A stretch of DNA of 64,000 bases from Octopus sinensis (Eukaryota). Within the stretch, counting starts at the first letter, position 1, and the number at the start of each line of letters is the position of its first letter. The position numbers and the translations under genes were made by a program. Positions 1-12,519 of this stretch are shown here, piece by piece. The stretch covers positions 35,402,001 through 35,466,000 of the forward strand of contig NC_043014.1 in NCBI RefSeq assembly GCF_006345805.1. Direction: 5' to 3'. The notes below the pieces were generated by a model, which worked only from the letters and a program-made list of their open reading frames with translations, searched no databases and had not been told where the DNA came from.

Positions 1-312
1 GTAAATGCCCAATCACTTAAAATTAAGGGTTCAGACAATCACTTATACCTTTCCACGTGCGTGTAACCTCAAGATTTTCATTTTTTTATTGGTATATTCA
101 CGCACGCGCGCGTACACAGAGCACTGCACGTGTTCGCGCGCATACACACACACTTACCTCGCTTATCTATACATGTATATTTGCAGAATGTGTGTATATA
201 TGTCTAAATATATATACATACATACACACACGCACATACACACATGTATAAATATATATATATATATATATACACATATATATATATGTATGTATGTATG
301 TACATATATATA

Positions 313-376
<64 letters not shown>

Positions 377-427
377 TGTATATGTATGTATATATGTATA
401 TATACTGTAAATATATGTATATATATA

Positions 428-477
<50 letters not shown>

Positions 478-518
478 GAGAGAGAGAGAGAAAGAGAGAG
501 AGATCGTCAGCTCCTACA

Positions 519-683
519 CGCATTTTTTTCTCTCCTTGTTTTTTTCTGTGTATCTTTATGTCGAAGAGCGTAGGCTCGAAACGTAAAAAGACTTTTCTAT
601 CCTATTCCTGAGCGCTATACTAATTCATTTATTGTTTGTACTCCACCTGCCTTCGTCTTTTGTTTATTTTCGTAAACTTTCCC

Positions 684-686
<3 letters not shown>
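519..686 (+). mobile_element. Short Penelope-pLTR/retrozyme-like cassette (family H1) with degenerate hammerhead-like motif, abutting (TA)n
   Basis: Homologous to the reverse complement of 7455-7655 and 11597-11775. Contains TCTTT-ATGTCGA-A-GAGC(GTAG)GCTC-GAAA-CG-TA-AAAAGA at 553-591. Confidence 0.6.
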
Positions 687-766
<80 letters not shown>

Positions 767-870
767 TAGAGATAATTGTTAAAGAACACACAAACACACC
801 CATATATATATATATATACATATATGTATGTGTGTGGACGTGTATGTATATTTTACATATTTAAATATAT

Positions 871-1095
871 ACTCTTTTATCTCTTTTACTCTTTTATTTG
901 TTTCAGTCATTTGACTGCGGCCATGCTGAAGCACCGTCTTTATTCAAACAAATCAAACCCAGGGCTCATTATTTCTAAGCCTAGTACTTATTTTTTGGGG
1001 GACTCTTTTGCCGAACTGCTAAGTTACGGGGAAGTAAACACAGGAGATTTTGGCGGGGTGGGAAACACAGACACACCAGTGCGCACGCACGCACA

Positions 1096-1150
<55 letters not shown>

Positions 1151-1298
1151 GGCAAGCTTTCCGTCTACCAAATCCACTCAAAAGGCTTTGGACGGCCCGA
1201 GGCTATAGTAGAAGACACTCGCCCAATGTGCCACGCAGTGAGACTGAACCCGGAACCATTTAGTTGGTGAGCAAGCTACTTACCACACAGCCACTCCC
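871..1298 (-). mobile_element. tRNA-derived SINE, family B (internal TA/TG microsatellite, AAAAGAGT-repeat tail)
   Basis: Reverse-complement match to 11898-12310. Same orientation as 60094-60490. A/B-box-like head on the minus strand. Confidence 0.85.
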
Positions 1299-1864
1299 AT
1301 ATAATATATGTGTGTATCAATGGATCTAACTATTATCATGTGAAGCGAATTAGTAGCTTAGCTGTATAGGCTGTAGAGGCGACTCATCAGACTCAACTAG
1401 TGGGAGGAAAACGTCATGGTCAGCAAACAAAAAATACCAGAGCAAAACTCGTATGGTAAAGTCTTTGGTGAGACGGAGTTGTTCCCCCTTACCTCACTTC
1501 CGGCCTAGTCCACAACGACTTCGGAAGTTTGTAGCGCTACCCTAGTCGGTAATATTAATTGATGCCATTCATAATCAGGTTAATGTATTCGCGCTAATTC
1601 AATATACACTATATGGGCCGAATAATTGTCGTTGAAGTGTTCTAATACGATCGAAACGTTTCCATTGCCTTCACTGGTCGGTTCTAAAGTCAAGATCCAC
1701 TCTATTGGAATTATATCATTTGTTGGTGTTCTTAGATTTTTAAGCGGATCTCGGACTAGGTTTTGTCTCCTAATTGCAAAGATGGGTCGTGGTTTAATCT
1801 ACATTACTCCGTAAGGAGCGTACGGTGATTTTCTTGCTTTATCTGATGTATATATATTTCTTCC

Positions 1865-2042
1865 TGGACGGGAAGCCGGTCCGTCGCAGGATTACTCATT
1901 TTTATCTGCTGTGTGGACTGGAGCAACTTGAAATAAAGTGTCTTGCTCAAGAACTCAATGTGTCACCTGGTCCCGGAATCGAAACTGCAATCCTACAGTC
2001 ATGAGTCCAACACTCCTAACAAGTAAGCCATGCAGCTCCACA
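1865..2042 (-). mobile_element. Degenerate partial SINE of the tRNA-Arg-like/CORE-like group
   Basis: Reverse complement resembles the head and core of 2197-2458 (ttcgattcc...cttgagcaagacact...ttgctccagtccac). Confidence 0.65.
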
Positions 2043-2196
2043 ATTGTAAAGGTAATACCAGAAATTGAAAATAAGAGTGTCTTGGTGTATACTTTCATTC
2101 GTCAATGATAATGTCGCCAATCATTTCAGCATCGAAAATGTGCACATTTAACCAATCAAAAGTTACTGCATTTACCGATGAACCACGAGATTGAGC

Positions 2197-2458
2197 GTGG
2201 AGGCGCTTGGCTTAGTGGTTAGTGTGTTGAACTCATGATCGCAAGGTTGTGGTTTCGATTCCAGGACCGGGCGACGCGTTGTGTTCTTGAGAAAAACACT
2301 TCATTTCACGTTGCTCCAATCCACTCAGCTGGCAAAAATGAGTAACGCTGCGATGGACTGGCGTCCCGTCCAGCTGGGGAACACATATGCCATAGAAATC
2401 GGGAAACCGGGCCCATGAGCCTGGCTAGGCTTTAAAAGGGCGCATTTATTATTTTTTT
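2197..2458 (+). mobile_element. Full-length tRNA-derived SINE with CORE-like middle (family A variant)
   Basis: A box (TGGCTTAGTGG) and B box (GTTTCGATTCC). Perfect 12-bp TSD ACGAGATTGAGC at 2185-2196 and 2459-2470. Confidence 0.9.
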
Positions 2459-3210
2459 ACGAGATTGAGCACAGGTAAATAGAAAGAAGCAAAGGAAATT
2501 TGAATGAAAGAGTTATAGAAGGAAAGAGAGAGGAGGAAAGGGATAATAAAAAAAGACATAAGCTTTCATTTAACATTAATGTTAAGATAAATAAATTACA
2601 TAAATATCTAGAAGTGGGAATTTTCTTTACCTATAAGGACAGTGAAAAAGCCGCAGAACAGCAGGAGAATCTCCAACAAATTCATGGTTGGTTGTATAAT
2701 ATTATACTACTATCTTCAGGATTTTGAAGGCTGCAATTAGAAATGAGAGAGAAAACATTTAATTACATTATTATGACAACCAAATGAGATGATAAATTAG
2801 TATCAATGAGGTTGGAAAGAGGTAAAAAAAATATTTAAAAAACCACGGAAGATTTCAAGCAACACAGAAATGAAGCGCTCAACTCGCTGGCCAAATACCT
2901 CGAATCACAATTATGTCTTGAAAAATAGACTATATAATGTAGTTCTAGATTAGGGGTGTCAAAGTCATTTTAGTTTACGGGTCACATATCAAATCAATTT
3001 GATCTCAAGTGGGCCGGACCAGTAAAATCATGGCATAAGAACCTATAAATTGCAATTCCAAAATTTTCCCTTTGTTTTAGTATAAAAAAGTGCATTTTGA
3101 AAATGTTCACAAATAAAGAACAATTTTATTTTTTGCAAAGCATTGAAGAAATGAAAATGGGAACTATTAAAGAAGACTGAGATATCACACTGCCTTGTAA
3201 ATGCATGCAA

Positions 3211-3601
3211 TCTACATATATAAAGCTGAAGTTTTTTTTGTGTGGCAGGTTTGGTAGCCTTCAACTAACACTATCTCCTCCGAGACCCTGCGGCGCAAAT
3301 TGACCGAGATTGAGAGTATGATAGAAGAAGGCTTGCTCTTTATTCGTAGATTAAAATTCAATCGGACATGTTAAGACCAAAAATTATTTACATCAAACAT
3401 CAAAAAGTGCTTTTTTTCTATGAAAATCCCTATTTTTTACGATTTTTTAACTGTTGTGTCGCCATTTTTCGGTATATTTCAACCAGAAAAATGTTCACTT
3501 AAAGAGAATAAGAAGCTACATAATGCAACATTTTTACTTTTCAAAAATTACAAATCTAAAGGGTGGAAAAAACCCCGAGAAACGCCGGGCTATACTACTA
3601 G
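3211..3601 (+). mobile_element. Non-autonomous Helitron nested in the hAT 3' region
   Basis: A|TC 5' end (TCTACATATATAAAG). 3' hairpin CCCGAGAAACGCCGGG followed by CTAG|T. No TSD. Confidence 0.8.
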
Positions 3602-3653
3602 TTTATAAAAAAACAAAACAACTTTGAAAAACATTTAAACACACTTTTATTTT

Positions 3654-5190
3654 TCATTCTTTATTTTCAATATGTTCCGAAACTTGGCATCTTTTCTCCT
3701 TCACGAGCGCATCAACATCAGGCGTCAGATCCTGTGTAGCAGCCAATTTCAGGCTGTCATTTAGGTGCTTATGTGTGATCTTTGGGCGCAGCTTTGTTTT
3801 ATTGATGCTCATTACGGAAAAAAAAACTTGTTCACAAAGGTAGGTAATCCCGAACATGTACAAAACTTTCGCAGCAAGGGTTGTCAATTTGGGGCACTTT
3901 AGCAAGAGATCCTGATGAATTATATCCAAGCCCACCGAGATAAATTTGTTCTTCATATCTGAATCACACTGCAAGTCAATCATTTCAAATTAGATGTTGA
4001 TGAGCAGATAAGAGACGTTGACCGTAAATGGCGAGTAAGAAACTGAAATCTGTCTCAAGTTCATCAAAAACCTGAAACCGTTGCTGAAACTCCCGCAGCA
4101 ATCCCATGAAATTGTCTTTGTACCGATTCATGTCAACATTATCTGCGGTCACAACCACATCTTTTAGACAACGAAAATAAGCAGGGTCGCCACCAGACAG
4201 TTGTGTCTCCCACAAAGTTAGCTTCAACTTGAACGCGCGTATGCTTTCAAAATACTGTGTGACAACATTTTACGGCCTTGCAGTATTTTGTCCAGATTAT
4301 TCAAGTGCTCTGTAATATCCACGATAAATGCTAAATCTTGCAACCATTCAGGTGATTGAAATTCTAACACCAGTTTGACCTTTTCCTCCATGAACTGTTC
4401 AATTTCTTTTTGTAGATTAATGAAACACTTCAACACGGCACCTCGGCATAACCACCTTGCCTCGGTGTGATATGGCAAGCCATAGGTAACGCTTATATCG
4501 CCGAGATGATTGTCAAACTGACGGTGATTTAGACCTCTAGCTTGGATGAAATTAACAGTTTAGACAACTACTTCCCTGACATGATCCATTTTGAACGACT
4601 TGCAACACAATGTCTCCTGATGCAAAATGCAGTGAAATATCCAAAAATTACGTCTTCCATTTGCAGTCTGTACTTTCTCTCTGAACTGCGCCACAACACC
4701 TGATTTTTTCCCCCCAATCATTGATGGAGTGCCATCTGTAGCCATGCTAACAGCATGGGCCCAGTCCACTCCGACCCTGTCCAGCGCTCCAACGTGGGAG
4801 ATGTAAATGTCATTTACTGTTGTGGTGTTCATCATAGGAACCAACTCCAGGAACTCCTCGGTGACTGTGAAAATCTCGTCTACGCCACGAATGAATATGG
4901 CCATTTGCGCGACATCCGTAATGCTTGTGCTCTCATTAATTGCAACCGAGACTGTAATAAATGATTTGACTTTGTGCTTCAGTTGCCTGTCCAAATCTAC
5001 AGAAAGATCTGAAATCCTATTTTCCACAGTGTTTCTCGTCAGGCTAATGATGGCAAAAGTCTGTCGCTTCTCTGGGCATACAATTTCTGCAACTTACAGT
5101 ATGCATGTTTTCATGAACTCATCCCCACAGTACGGTTTTGATGTTAATGATATTTCTCTAGCAACAAGGTAGCTAGCTTTTACTTCTGCC
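3654..5190 (-). pseudogene. Disrupted hAT transposase (GTF2IRD2/EPM2AIP1-like)
   Basis: Motifs across five ORF pieces: SVAINESTSITDVAQMAIFIRG, ATDGTPSM, HCILHQE, YHTEARWLCRG, DLAFIVD, FGITYLCEQ.FS.M (hATC dimerisation region). Confidence 0.9.
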
Positions 5191-5336
5191 TGACTGATAC
5201 ATATGCATACACAAACATACACATATTCATACACACAGATAAACATAATAGGTCTCCGCCGCAATTTCCGTCGATCAAATTCCACTCCTAAGACATTAAT
5301 TAGTCCTCGGTTTACAATGTTCACTCCAACTACTGC

Positions 5337-5514
<178 letters not shown>

Positions 5515-5719
5515 GATACACGATCCCTATTGATGGTTTTTTTTTTCTTTCCTTTTTATGATCCCTTTTGATCGAAAACCTACCCCACTTTTGTTTTCTC
5601 CCCAAAAAGAAAAGCTCTACTTTGTAATTTGTCCCGTCTACGTGCAGCCCTGTGTGGCTAATAAAGAAACATATCTATAAACATGTCCGGAGAAAGTGGT
5701 AGTACCCATGATCTTTGCA

Positions 5720-5967
5720 GAGTCTTCGAGACCAGTATGCATGATGCTGTTAATGTTCCGTTGAAACTATTGCAAGTCAGCATAAGCAGGAAAAGATGAT
5801 GATTCCAGAGGACCGACGTTCCGAGAGAAAGGACTGTTAATAGTAGCAAGCGCAGGTACAGGTGTGGTGGACGCAGTATAAGTGACGAAGTGTGGAAAGA
5901 CGAGTGTAACGTGGGTGCTTGACAGGAAGAAGTACGAGACCAGATAGCTCCGAGGGACAGAGGCCAT
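5720..5967 (-). mobile_element. Degenerate LINE ORF2 C-terminal fragment (CR1/L2/Jockey-like)
   Basis: Frameshifted translation gives ...GTSVLWN...FPAYADLQ*FQRNINSI, resembling the 'SF.PRT..LWN.LP...L..FK..IN' LINE C-terminus. Confidence 0.55.
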
Positions 5968-6189
5968 GTGTGTTTTTTTCTATTGTGGGTGCAAAATAGC
6001 TTCTCTATTGTTATGATGCTTATGGGACATGAAAGGAGACGAGACTATGAAGTGTATTCACAAACATATTCTCCGTTCTTTCTTTCTTCAGCTGTCTCCT
6101 CCTTTCTCATGTATGTATGCGTAGTAATAGCTATATATGTGTGTGTTTGTGTGTGTGTGTACATACACTTATACATATACATATGCATG

Positions 6190-6236
<47 letters not shown>

Positions 6237-6313
6237 TATATACATACATAATATATATATACATAAACATGTATATATATATATATATATATATATCTTT
6301 GTAATATATATAT

Positions 6314-6374
<61 letters not shown>

Positions 6375-6429
6375 TATTATAATATATATACAATATATAT
6401 AATATATATATATATATATTATATATATT

Positions 6430-6469
<40 letters not shown>

Positions 6470-6787
6470 TAAATGTAAGTATATGTATGTTAAAAATGCA
6501 CACTATGTACAGCTGAAAATGTCTTAATTTAGCTACGACAACTAATAATTTAAATGCTAATGTGGAGTCAATCTCTAAATGCTGCCATGAAAACGAGTTT
6601 TATTTGGTAAATTACAATGATATGACGCTAGATTGATTGTCAGAATGTCAGCATTGAGACCAACAAGAAGTTTAAAATTAGACAAGTGTCTGGGACATAA
6701 TAGTCAGCAACGTGTCGTAAGTATTGTAGATAATTCTCAGCAATATGTGATATATACTTATAATATACATGAAGTATATATATATAT

Positions 6788-7177
6788 ATTTCTTTATTGC
6801 CCACAAGAGGCTAAACACAGAGGGGAAAAGCAAGGATACATCGACCCCAGTGCGTAACTGGTACTTATTTAATCGACCCCGAAAGGATGACAAGCAAAGT
6901 CGACTCCGGCGGAATTTGGACTCAGAACGTAGCGGCAGACGAAATACCTATTTCTTTACTACCCACAAGGGGCTAAACACAGAGGGGACAAAAAAAGACA
7001 GGCAAACGAATTAAGTCGATTACATCGAACCCAGTGCGTAACTGGTACTTATTTAATCGACCCCGAAAGGGTGAAAGGCAAAGTCGACCTCGGCGGAATT
7101 TGAACTCAAAACGTAGCGCAGACGAAATACCGCTAAGCATTTCGCCCGCGCGCTGACGTTTCTGCCAGCTCGCCGCC
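6788..7177 (-). mobile_element. Family C SINE head-to-tail dimer (Nin/Deu-like domain)
   Basis: Two copies of the GCCTTTCATCCTTTCGGGGTCGAT..AAGTACCAG core. One flanking TSD, ATATRCATGAAGTATATA. Confidence 0.9.
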
Positions 7178-7190
7178 TTATATGCATGAA

Positions 7191-7360
<170 letters not shown>

Positions 7361-7421
7361 ATATTATATATAGATAATATATATATATATATAGATATAT
7401 ATATATATATATATAATATAT

Positions 7422-7454
<33 letters not shown>

Positions 7455-7655
7455 ACGGGAAGCTTTATGAAAATAGACAAAAGACGAAGGCAGTGGAAAA
7501 AAACAAACAATTGTATTAGTATGGTGCTCAGGAATATAAATAAAACAAGTCTTTAACGTTTCGAGCCTACGCTCTTCAACAGAAAGATACACAGAGAGAA
7601 AAAAACACAGAAAGAAGGAGAGAAAAAAAAATGCGTGCAGTAACTAACGAATCAA
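7455..7655 (-). mobile_element. Family H1 cassette with hammerhead-like motif, abutting (TA)n
   Basis: Near-identical to 11597-11775. Motif at 7550-7587. Confidence 0.65.
7550..7587 (-). ncRNA. Minimal type-I hammerhead-like motif (A6U core variant)
   Basis: UCUUU-CUGUUGA-A-GAGC(GUAG)GCUC-GAAA-CG-UU-AAAGA. Helices I and II pair; helix III is the palindrome ACGU. Confidence 0.6.
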
Positions 7656-7801
7656 CATATATGTGTGTGTGTGTATATGTATGTGTTTGCGTTTGCGCGT
7701 GTGTGTGCGTGTAAACAGAAAAATAAGCAGATCCGATTACAAGAAGCAGTCAATTCACGCGTTTACCGCTTGCTGATTGTTCGTGGACTCGAAACAAATT
7801 T

Positions 7802-7901
7802 NNNNNNNNNNNNNNNNNNNNNNNNNNNNNNNNNNNNNNNNNNNNNNNNNNNNNNNNNNNNNNNNNNNNNNNNNNNNNNNNNNNNNNNNNNNNNNNNNNN
7901 N
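7802..7901. other. Assembly gap (100 N)
   Basis: Run of 100 n. Confidence 1.
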
Positions 7902-8360
7902 CCACCGATTATCGTGAGCGGGTGACGTGTCCAGCCCATCTAAACTAGCTGCGTCAGACAACGTACCAACAGGTCGAATAGTGATCGGCAGTGATGAAAT
8001 AGAGGAGATAAAGGAATATGTCTACCTGAGACAGGAAGTGAATATGTGCCGAGATATCGAAAAGGAGATCTCACAGAGAGTAAGGGCCGGATGGAAGGCG
8101 TTTAACGGCATAAAGGATATGCTCATGGGAAGGCTGGACAGGACCACCCGCGCCAACCTCATCAACAGTACAGTTCTACCTGCACTGTTATATGGTAGTG
8201 AAACATGGGCTGTGAGAAGAGCAGAGATTGGTAACAGCTCAAAGAGCCATGGAGAGGTCAATGCTTGGAATCTCGTTGAGAGAGCACATCAGTAGCCAGA
8301 TCACCAGAAAGAAGTCCGGCGTGAGGGATGTTATCGCAGAGCATACACGCAGCAAGTTTA
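7902..8360 (+). mobile_element. RTE-clade LINE ORF2 fragment (post-RT region), frameshifted
   Basis: IEEIKEYVYL...EISQRVRAGWKAF...STVLPALLYGSETW followed by AQRAMERSMLGISLREHI. Confidence 0.88.
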
Positions 8361-8363
8361 CAC

Positions 8364-8422
<59 letters not shown>

Positions 8423-8540
8423 ATTATATATATTATATATATAATATATATATATATCGTGAAGTATATTGACACACTTTCTGTGCCCTATCAGTATTTA
8501 CAAAGGAAAGTCATCTTTCCATCTCCAACCTGACGTGATA

Positions 8541-8585
8541 CACACGGACTCGAGTTTCTGGGTATTGACCCGTAATCAGCGTGTG
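8541..8585 (-). ncRNA. Type-I hammerhead-like motif (G8U variant)
   Basis: CACACG-CUGAUUA-C-GGGU(CAAU)ACCC-A-GAAA-CUCGAG-UC-CGUGUG. 6-bp helix I; palindromic helix III ACUCGAGU. Confidence 0.65.
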
Positions 8586-8620
8586 ACAACCACTGGTTGA
8601 TGATGGAAGTGTTCTCAATG

Positions 8621-8672
<52 letters not shown>

Positions 8673-8709
8673 ATATATATATACTTTTTCTGGTGATCAC
8701 GAAAAAGTG

Positions 8710-8747
8710 CTGATGACGGATCAATACCAGAAACTCAGGTCCGTGTG
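8710..8747 (+). ncRNA. Type-I hammerhead-like motif with canonical CUGAUGA core, decayed helices
   Basis: CUGAUGA-CGGAUCAAUACCA-GAAA-CUCAGG-UC-CGUGUG. Paralogue of 8541-8585. Confidence 0.55.
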
Positions 8748-10517
8748 ATCACGTCAGACTTGAGATGGGAACGATGACTTCCCTTTGCAAATAATGATAG
8801 GGCACAGGATGTATGTCAATAGCCAGCTGGAGGAGATGTCTTCCTGGGGCTACAAGCTACAGTAGCATCAACCCTTAAGGGTTAGCCACATTTATGTGGC
8901 AAATATACTTCAGGATGTCGTGCAACTACTGTTTTTTTATATGTATATATGTATTTGTGTGTATGCGTCTGTGTGTGTTAGTATGTATCCTCTAGAGGCG
9001 GAGATAATTTCAATTAATCAAACATTTATATTGCGTGGCATTTGATATTCTTTTGTGTTATGTCGTTCAAATAAACGCCACTAGCTACTGTAAGTTATTT
9101 CTATTGGTTTATTTTTGTTACGAATTATGCAAATTACCTAGACCATAAATATGTTCTCTTTTTCTTCATTTAAATTGCTTGGCTACAGGAGATAAGGTCG
9201 AGCAGTGCTAATCACGCCTATTGAGGGACAAAGACGTGTCCACGACCGCCGTCTTATTTCTGGACCGTAGCATGCCAATATTCTTTAATAGCATGCCAAC
9301 TTGTGGAGGATACTTGATTCTTTAGATTAACTCCCCTTTTCTTATAGATCTTCTCTGGAGACGGGGATAGTGTTAATAAATTAAAAATCTATGTTCTATA
9401 GTATTTTATATACACTGTTTACCGATGTCATGCATACACAAATATGTGTATTGACAGTGTCTTTGTAGTTTCTGCCAAATAGGCCATCATCGAAATAACC
9501 GAATCTTCGAATTCACTGTCAATATTATTCTTATTAAAGAATAATAAATTAGTACTCTACCAAACGTATTGAGTAATATTCAATTTTCAGTCCCACTGCG
9601 TGGAAACTTGTACAGGTTCATTTATTATAGCCGCGGGTTGACCAAAGTTTTTGGAGTGGACATATAAGAGTGTGTATGTGTGTATGTGTGTGCGTGTGTG
9701 TATGTGTGTGTGTTTGTGTTTATATTTGCCACCCCAGCCCAACGCTTAATAATCTGTGTCCTTTTTGTTTAAATCTCCACCACATAACGGTTCCACAATA
9801 GTATAAGTTCCAGGCGTATGTTAAAAAAAACTAGGGGTCGACTTGTTGGCCCCAGTATGGCCTCAATCTAATGACAAGTAAATAATAAAATATATATATG
9901 GGTGTATAATATATACACTCACACCAATGAAAGGGTAAGTCTTCTAGATCAGTGGATTAAACTGTAACATGCTATCATGGAAACTACAGGCTGCTAAGTT
10001 GAAAATAGGTATACGATGCTTGCTAATAGTGGTGATTAATCATATTGGAAATGGTGTGACTGAGAAAAAGATTAAAAGTGAAGAATAAGGGTAGACGAGG
10101 GCGCAAGAAGGGGAGCGCAGATGTTTGTAGGAGGAAAACGGGTGAAGCGAGTTAAGAGTCAACAAGAAAGCTGGCAAATTTGAAAAACGGGAATATGGAT
10201 GAAAGAGAATTGTGATCAGGGGATACAGACATACATACAAACACAAACACACACTCAAATACGCGCATACACACACAGACACACACATACAAAACACACA
10301 CACTCACATACACACACATATTAATATTTAGCACAAGCAACAGAGTGAACCAAGGTCCGAGATTTCCGTGCCCTTGAGTCAGTCTGTTGCATCTGCTAAA
10401 TATTAGCAAAAATATGCACATACTCATATTTTGAGTTCTATTTTTACTGTTTGTACTACCAATCATGTGTGTGTGTGGTGTGTGTGTGAATACAAATATG
10501 CACTACACGTTCATGCT

Positions 10518-10620
<103 letters not shown>

Positions 10621-10930
10621 CACCGTGATCACGTGACCGACCAGGCTATCAGATGTTGCTACACATCGCTGGTCACAATGCGCTTCGCATTGTTTTAGCC
10701 TTCAAATGACGCCATCCCGCTGGCTAGGCGAGCAGGCCAACAGAAGAAAGAATGAGAGGAAGTTGTAGCGAAAGAGTACAGCAGGGACCGCCACCACCTC
10801 CTGCCGGAACATCGTGGAGCTTTAGGTGTTTTCGTTCAATAAACACCCACAACACCCAGTCTGGGAAACGAAACCGCGATCCTACGACCGCGTGTCTGCT
10901 GCCCTAACCACAGGGCCATTGCGCCTCCAC
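10621..10930 (-). mobile_element. tRNA-Arg-like SINE, family A (tail Z), ending in (TA)n
   Basis: Reverse-complement match to 18427-18728. Confidence 0.9.
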
Positions 10931-11134
10931 ATATATATATGTGTGTGCGTGTGTATGTGTGTGAATGATGAGATGATGAGTGCCCAGTGTCAAATGATAC
11001 TAGTCTTTTTAAAATAAAAGTACACGGATGCTACATGAAACGATATGCAGACCATGCTATAGTGTGGTATCTCATCCGTAATAACCTCGAGAATTCCAAG
11101 CGAACGTCCTACCCGCTCGTTCATGCCTGTACGC

Positions 11135-11445
11135 ACTTGTCTTAGTGGTTTGGGTATTCGACTCAAGATTCCAAGGTTGCGCGAATGTTCGATTCTCAAC
11201 CGCGCATTGTGTCCTAGACCAGATATTTTATTTCACGTTGCTCCCGTCCACTCAGCGGCAAAAAATGAATTATACTCGTATTTCAAAGAGCCGGCCTTGT
11301 CACATTCTGTGTCACGCTAAATCTCCCTGTGAAATACGTTAAAAGTGCACGTGCCTGTGGAGTGCTCAGTCTCTTGTGCGTTAATTTCACGAGAAGGTTA
11401 TTCCATTGATCTGATCAACTGGAACGCTCGGTGTCATAAACGAAA
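11135..11445 (+). mobile_element. Older tRNA-derived CORE-like SINE with a distinct tail
   Basis: Degenerate A/B boxes. Core TTTCACGTTGCTCC.GTCCACTCAGC shared with 2197-2458. A tail remnant also occurs at ~63415-63540. Confidence 0.7.
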
Positions 11446-11495
11446 AAAATGCCAGAGACATATATGTGGACGTATACATACACACACACTCTCTT

Positions 11496-11534
<39 letters not shown>

Positions 11535-11596
11535 AACCACACACTCACACCTACGTATATATTTATGTGTGTATGTATGTATGTATGTATGTATGT

Positions 11597-11775
11597 AACG
11601 GGAAGCTTTATCAAAATAAACAAAAGACGAAGGCAGGTGGAAAACAAACGAACAATTGTATTAGTATGGCGCTCAGGAAATATAAATAAAACAAGTCTTT
11701 AACGTTTCGAGCCTACGCTCTTCAACAGAAAGATACACAGAGAGAGAAAAACACAGAAAGAAGGAGAGAAAAAAA
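11597..11775 (-). mobile_element. Family H1 cassette with hammerhead-like motif (11696-11733), embedded in (TATG)n
   Basis: Motif identical to 7550-7587. Confidence 0.65.
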
Positions 11776-11897
11776 GTATGTATGTATGTATGTATGACAG
11801 TATTTAACTGGTCATATTATACTATGTGGTCGACAGAATCCAAAACAAACAATGTGCATGCACGAAATTTTAAAAAATTACCTTGTATGTATATATA

Positions 11898-12310
11898 GGC
11901 GCAGGAGTGGCTGTGTGGTAAGTAGCTTGCTAACCAACCACATGGTTCTGGGTTCAGTCCCACTGCGTGGCATCTTGGGCAAGTGTCTTCTGCTATAGCC
12001 CCGGGCCGACCAATGCCTTGTGAGTGGATTTGGAAGACGGAAACTGAAAGAAGCCTGTCGTATATATGTATATGTATATATATGTATGTGTGTGTGTGTT
12101 TGTGTGTCTGTGTTTGTCCCCCTAGCATTGCTTGACACCCGATGCTGGTGTGTTTACGTCTCCGTCACTTAGCGGTTCGACAAAAAGAGACCGATAGAAT
12201 AAGTACTGGGCTTACAAAGAATAAGTCCCGGGGTCGATTTGCTCGACTAAAGGCGGTGCTCCAGCATGACCGCAGTCAAATGACTGAAACAAGCAAAAGA
12301 AAACAAAAGA
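11898..12310 (+). mobile_element. Full-length SINE, family B
   Basis: Head GGCGCAGGAGTGGCTGTGTGGTAAG...GGTTCAGTCCC, internal microsatellite, tail GACTGAAACAAG. Multiple copies in the window. Confidence 0.9.
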
Positions 12311-12519
12311 AAGAAATATTCTTTTCTACTCTGGGCATAAGGCCCGAAATTTTTGGAGAGGGGGACCAGTCGATTAGATCAACCCCAGTACGCAACTAGC
12401 ACTTAACCTATCGGCCCGGAAGGACGGAAGACAGAGTCATCCTCGGCGGATGTGGGGTTTTAAAAAAAAAACCTTATGCCAACCATATAGCCTCCGTCCA
12501 ACATAATGGCAAGAATAGG

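Larger units (their letters stand above)
2951..5190 (-). mobile_element. 5'-truncated hAT (Charlie/SPIN-like) DNA transposon
   Basis: Terminal TAGGGGTGTCAAA at 2951 preceded by TTCTAGAT (Charlie-type target). Carries consecutive frameshifted transposase fragments. The second TIR was not found. Confidence 0.85.
8460..8821. repeat. Inverted pair of ~125-bp hammerhead-bearing cassettes (family H2) around a (TA)n tract
   Basis: 8460-8585 is the diverged reverse complement of 8709-8821. Confidence 0.85.

Noticed and set aside
1345-1395. Minus-strand CUGAUGAG core
   Set aside because: No GAAA or paired helix II downstream.
3654-5190. Domesticated GTF2IRD2/EPM2AIP1-like host gene
   Set aside because: Multiple frameshifts and stops, a missing 5' end and a retained transposon terminus.
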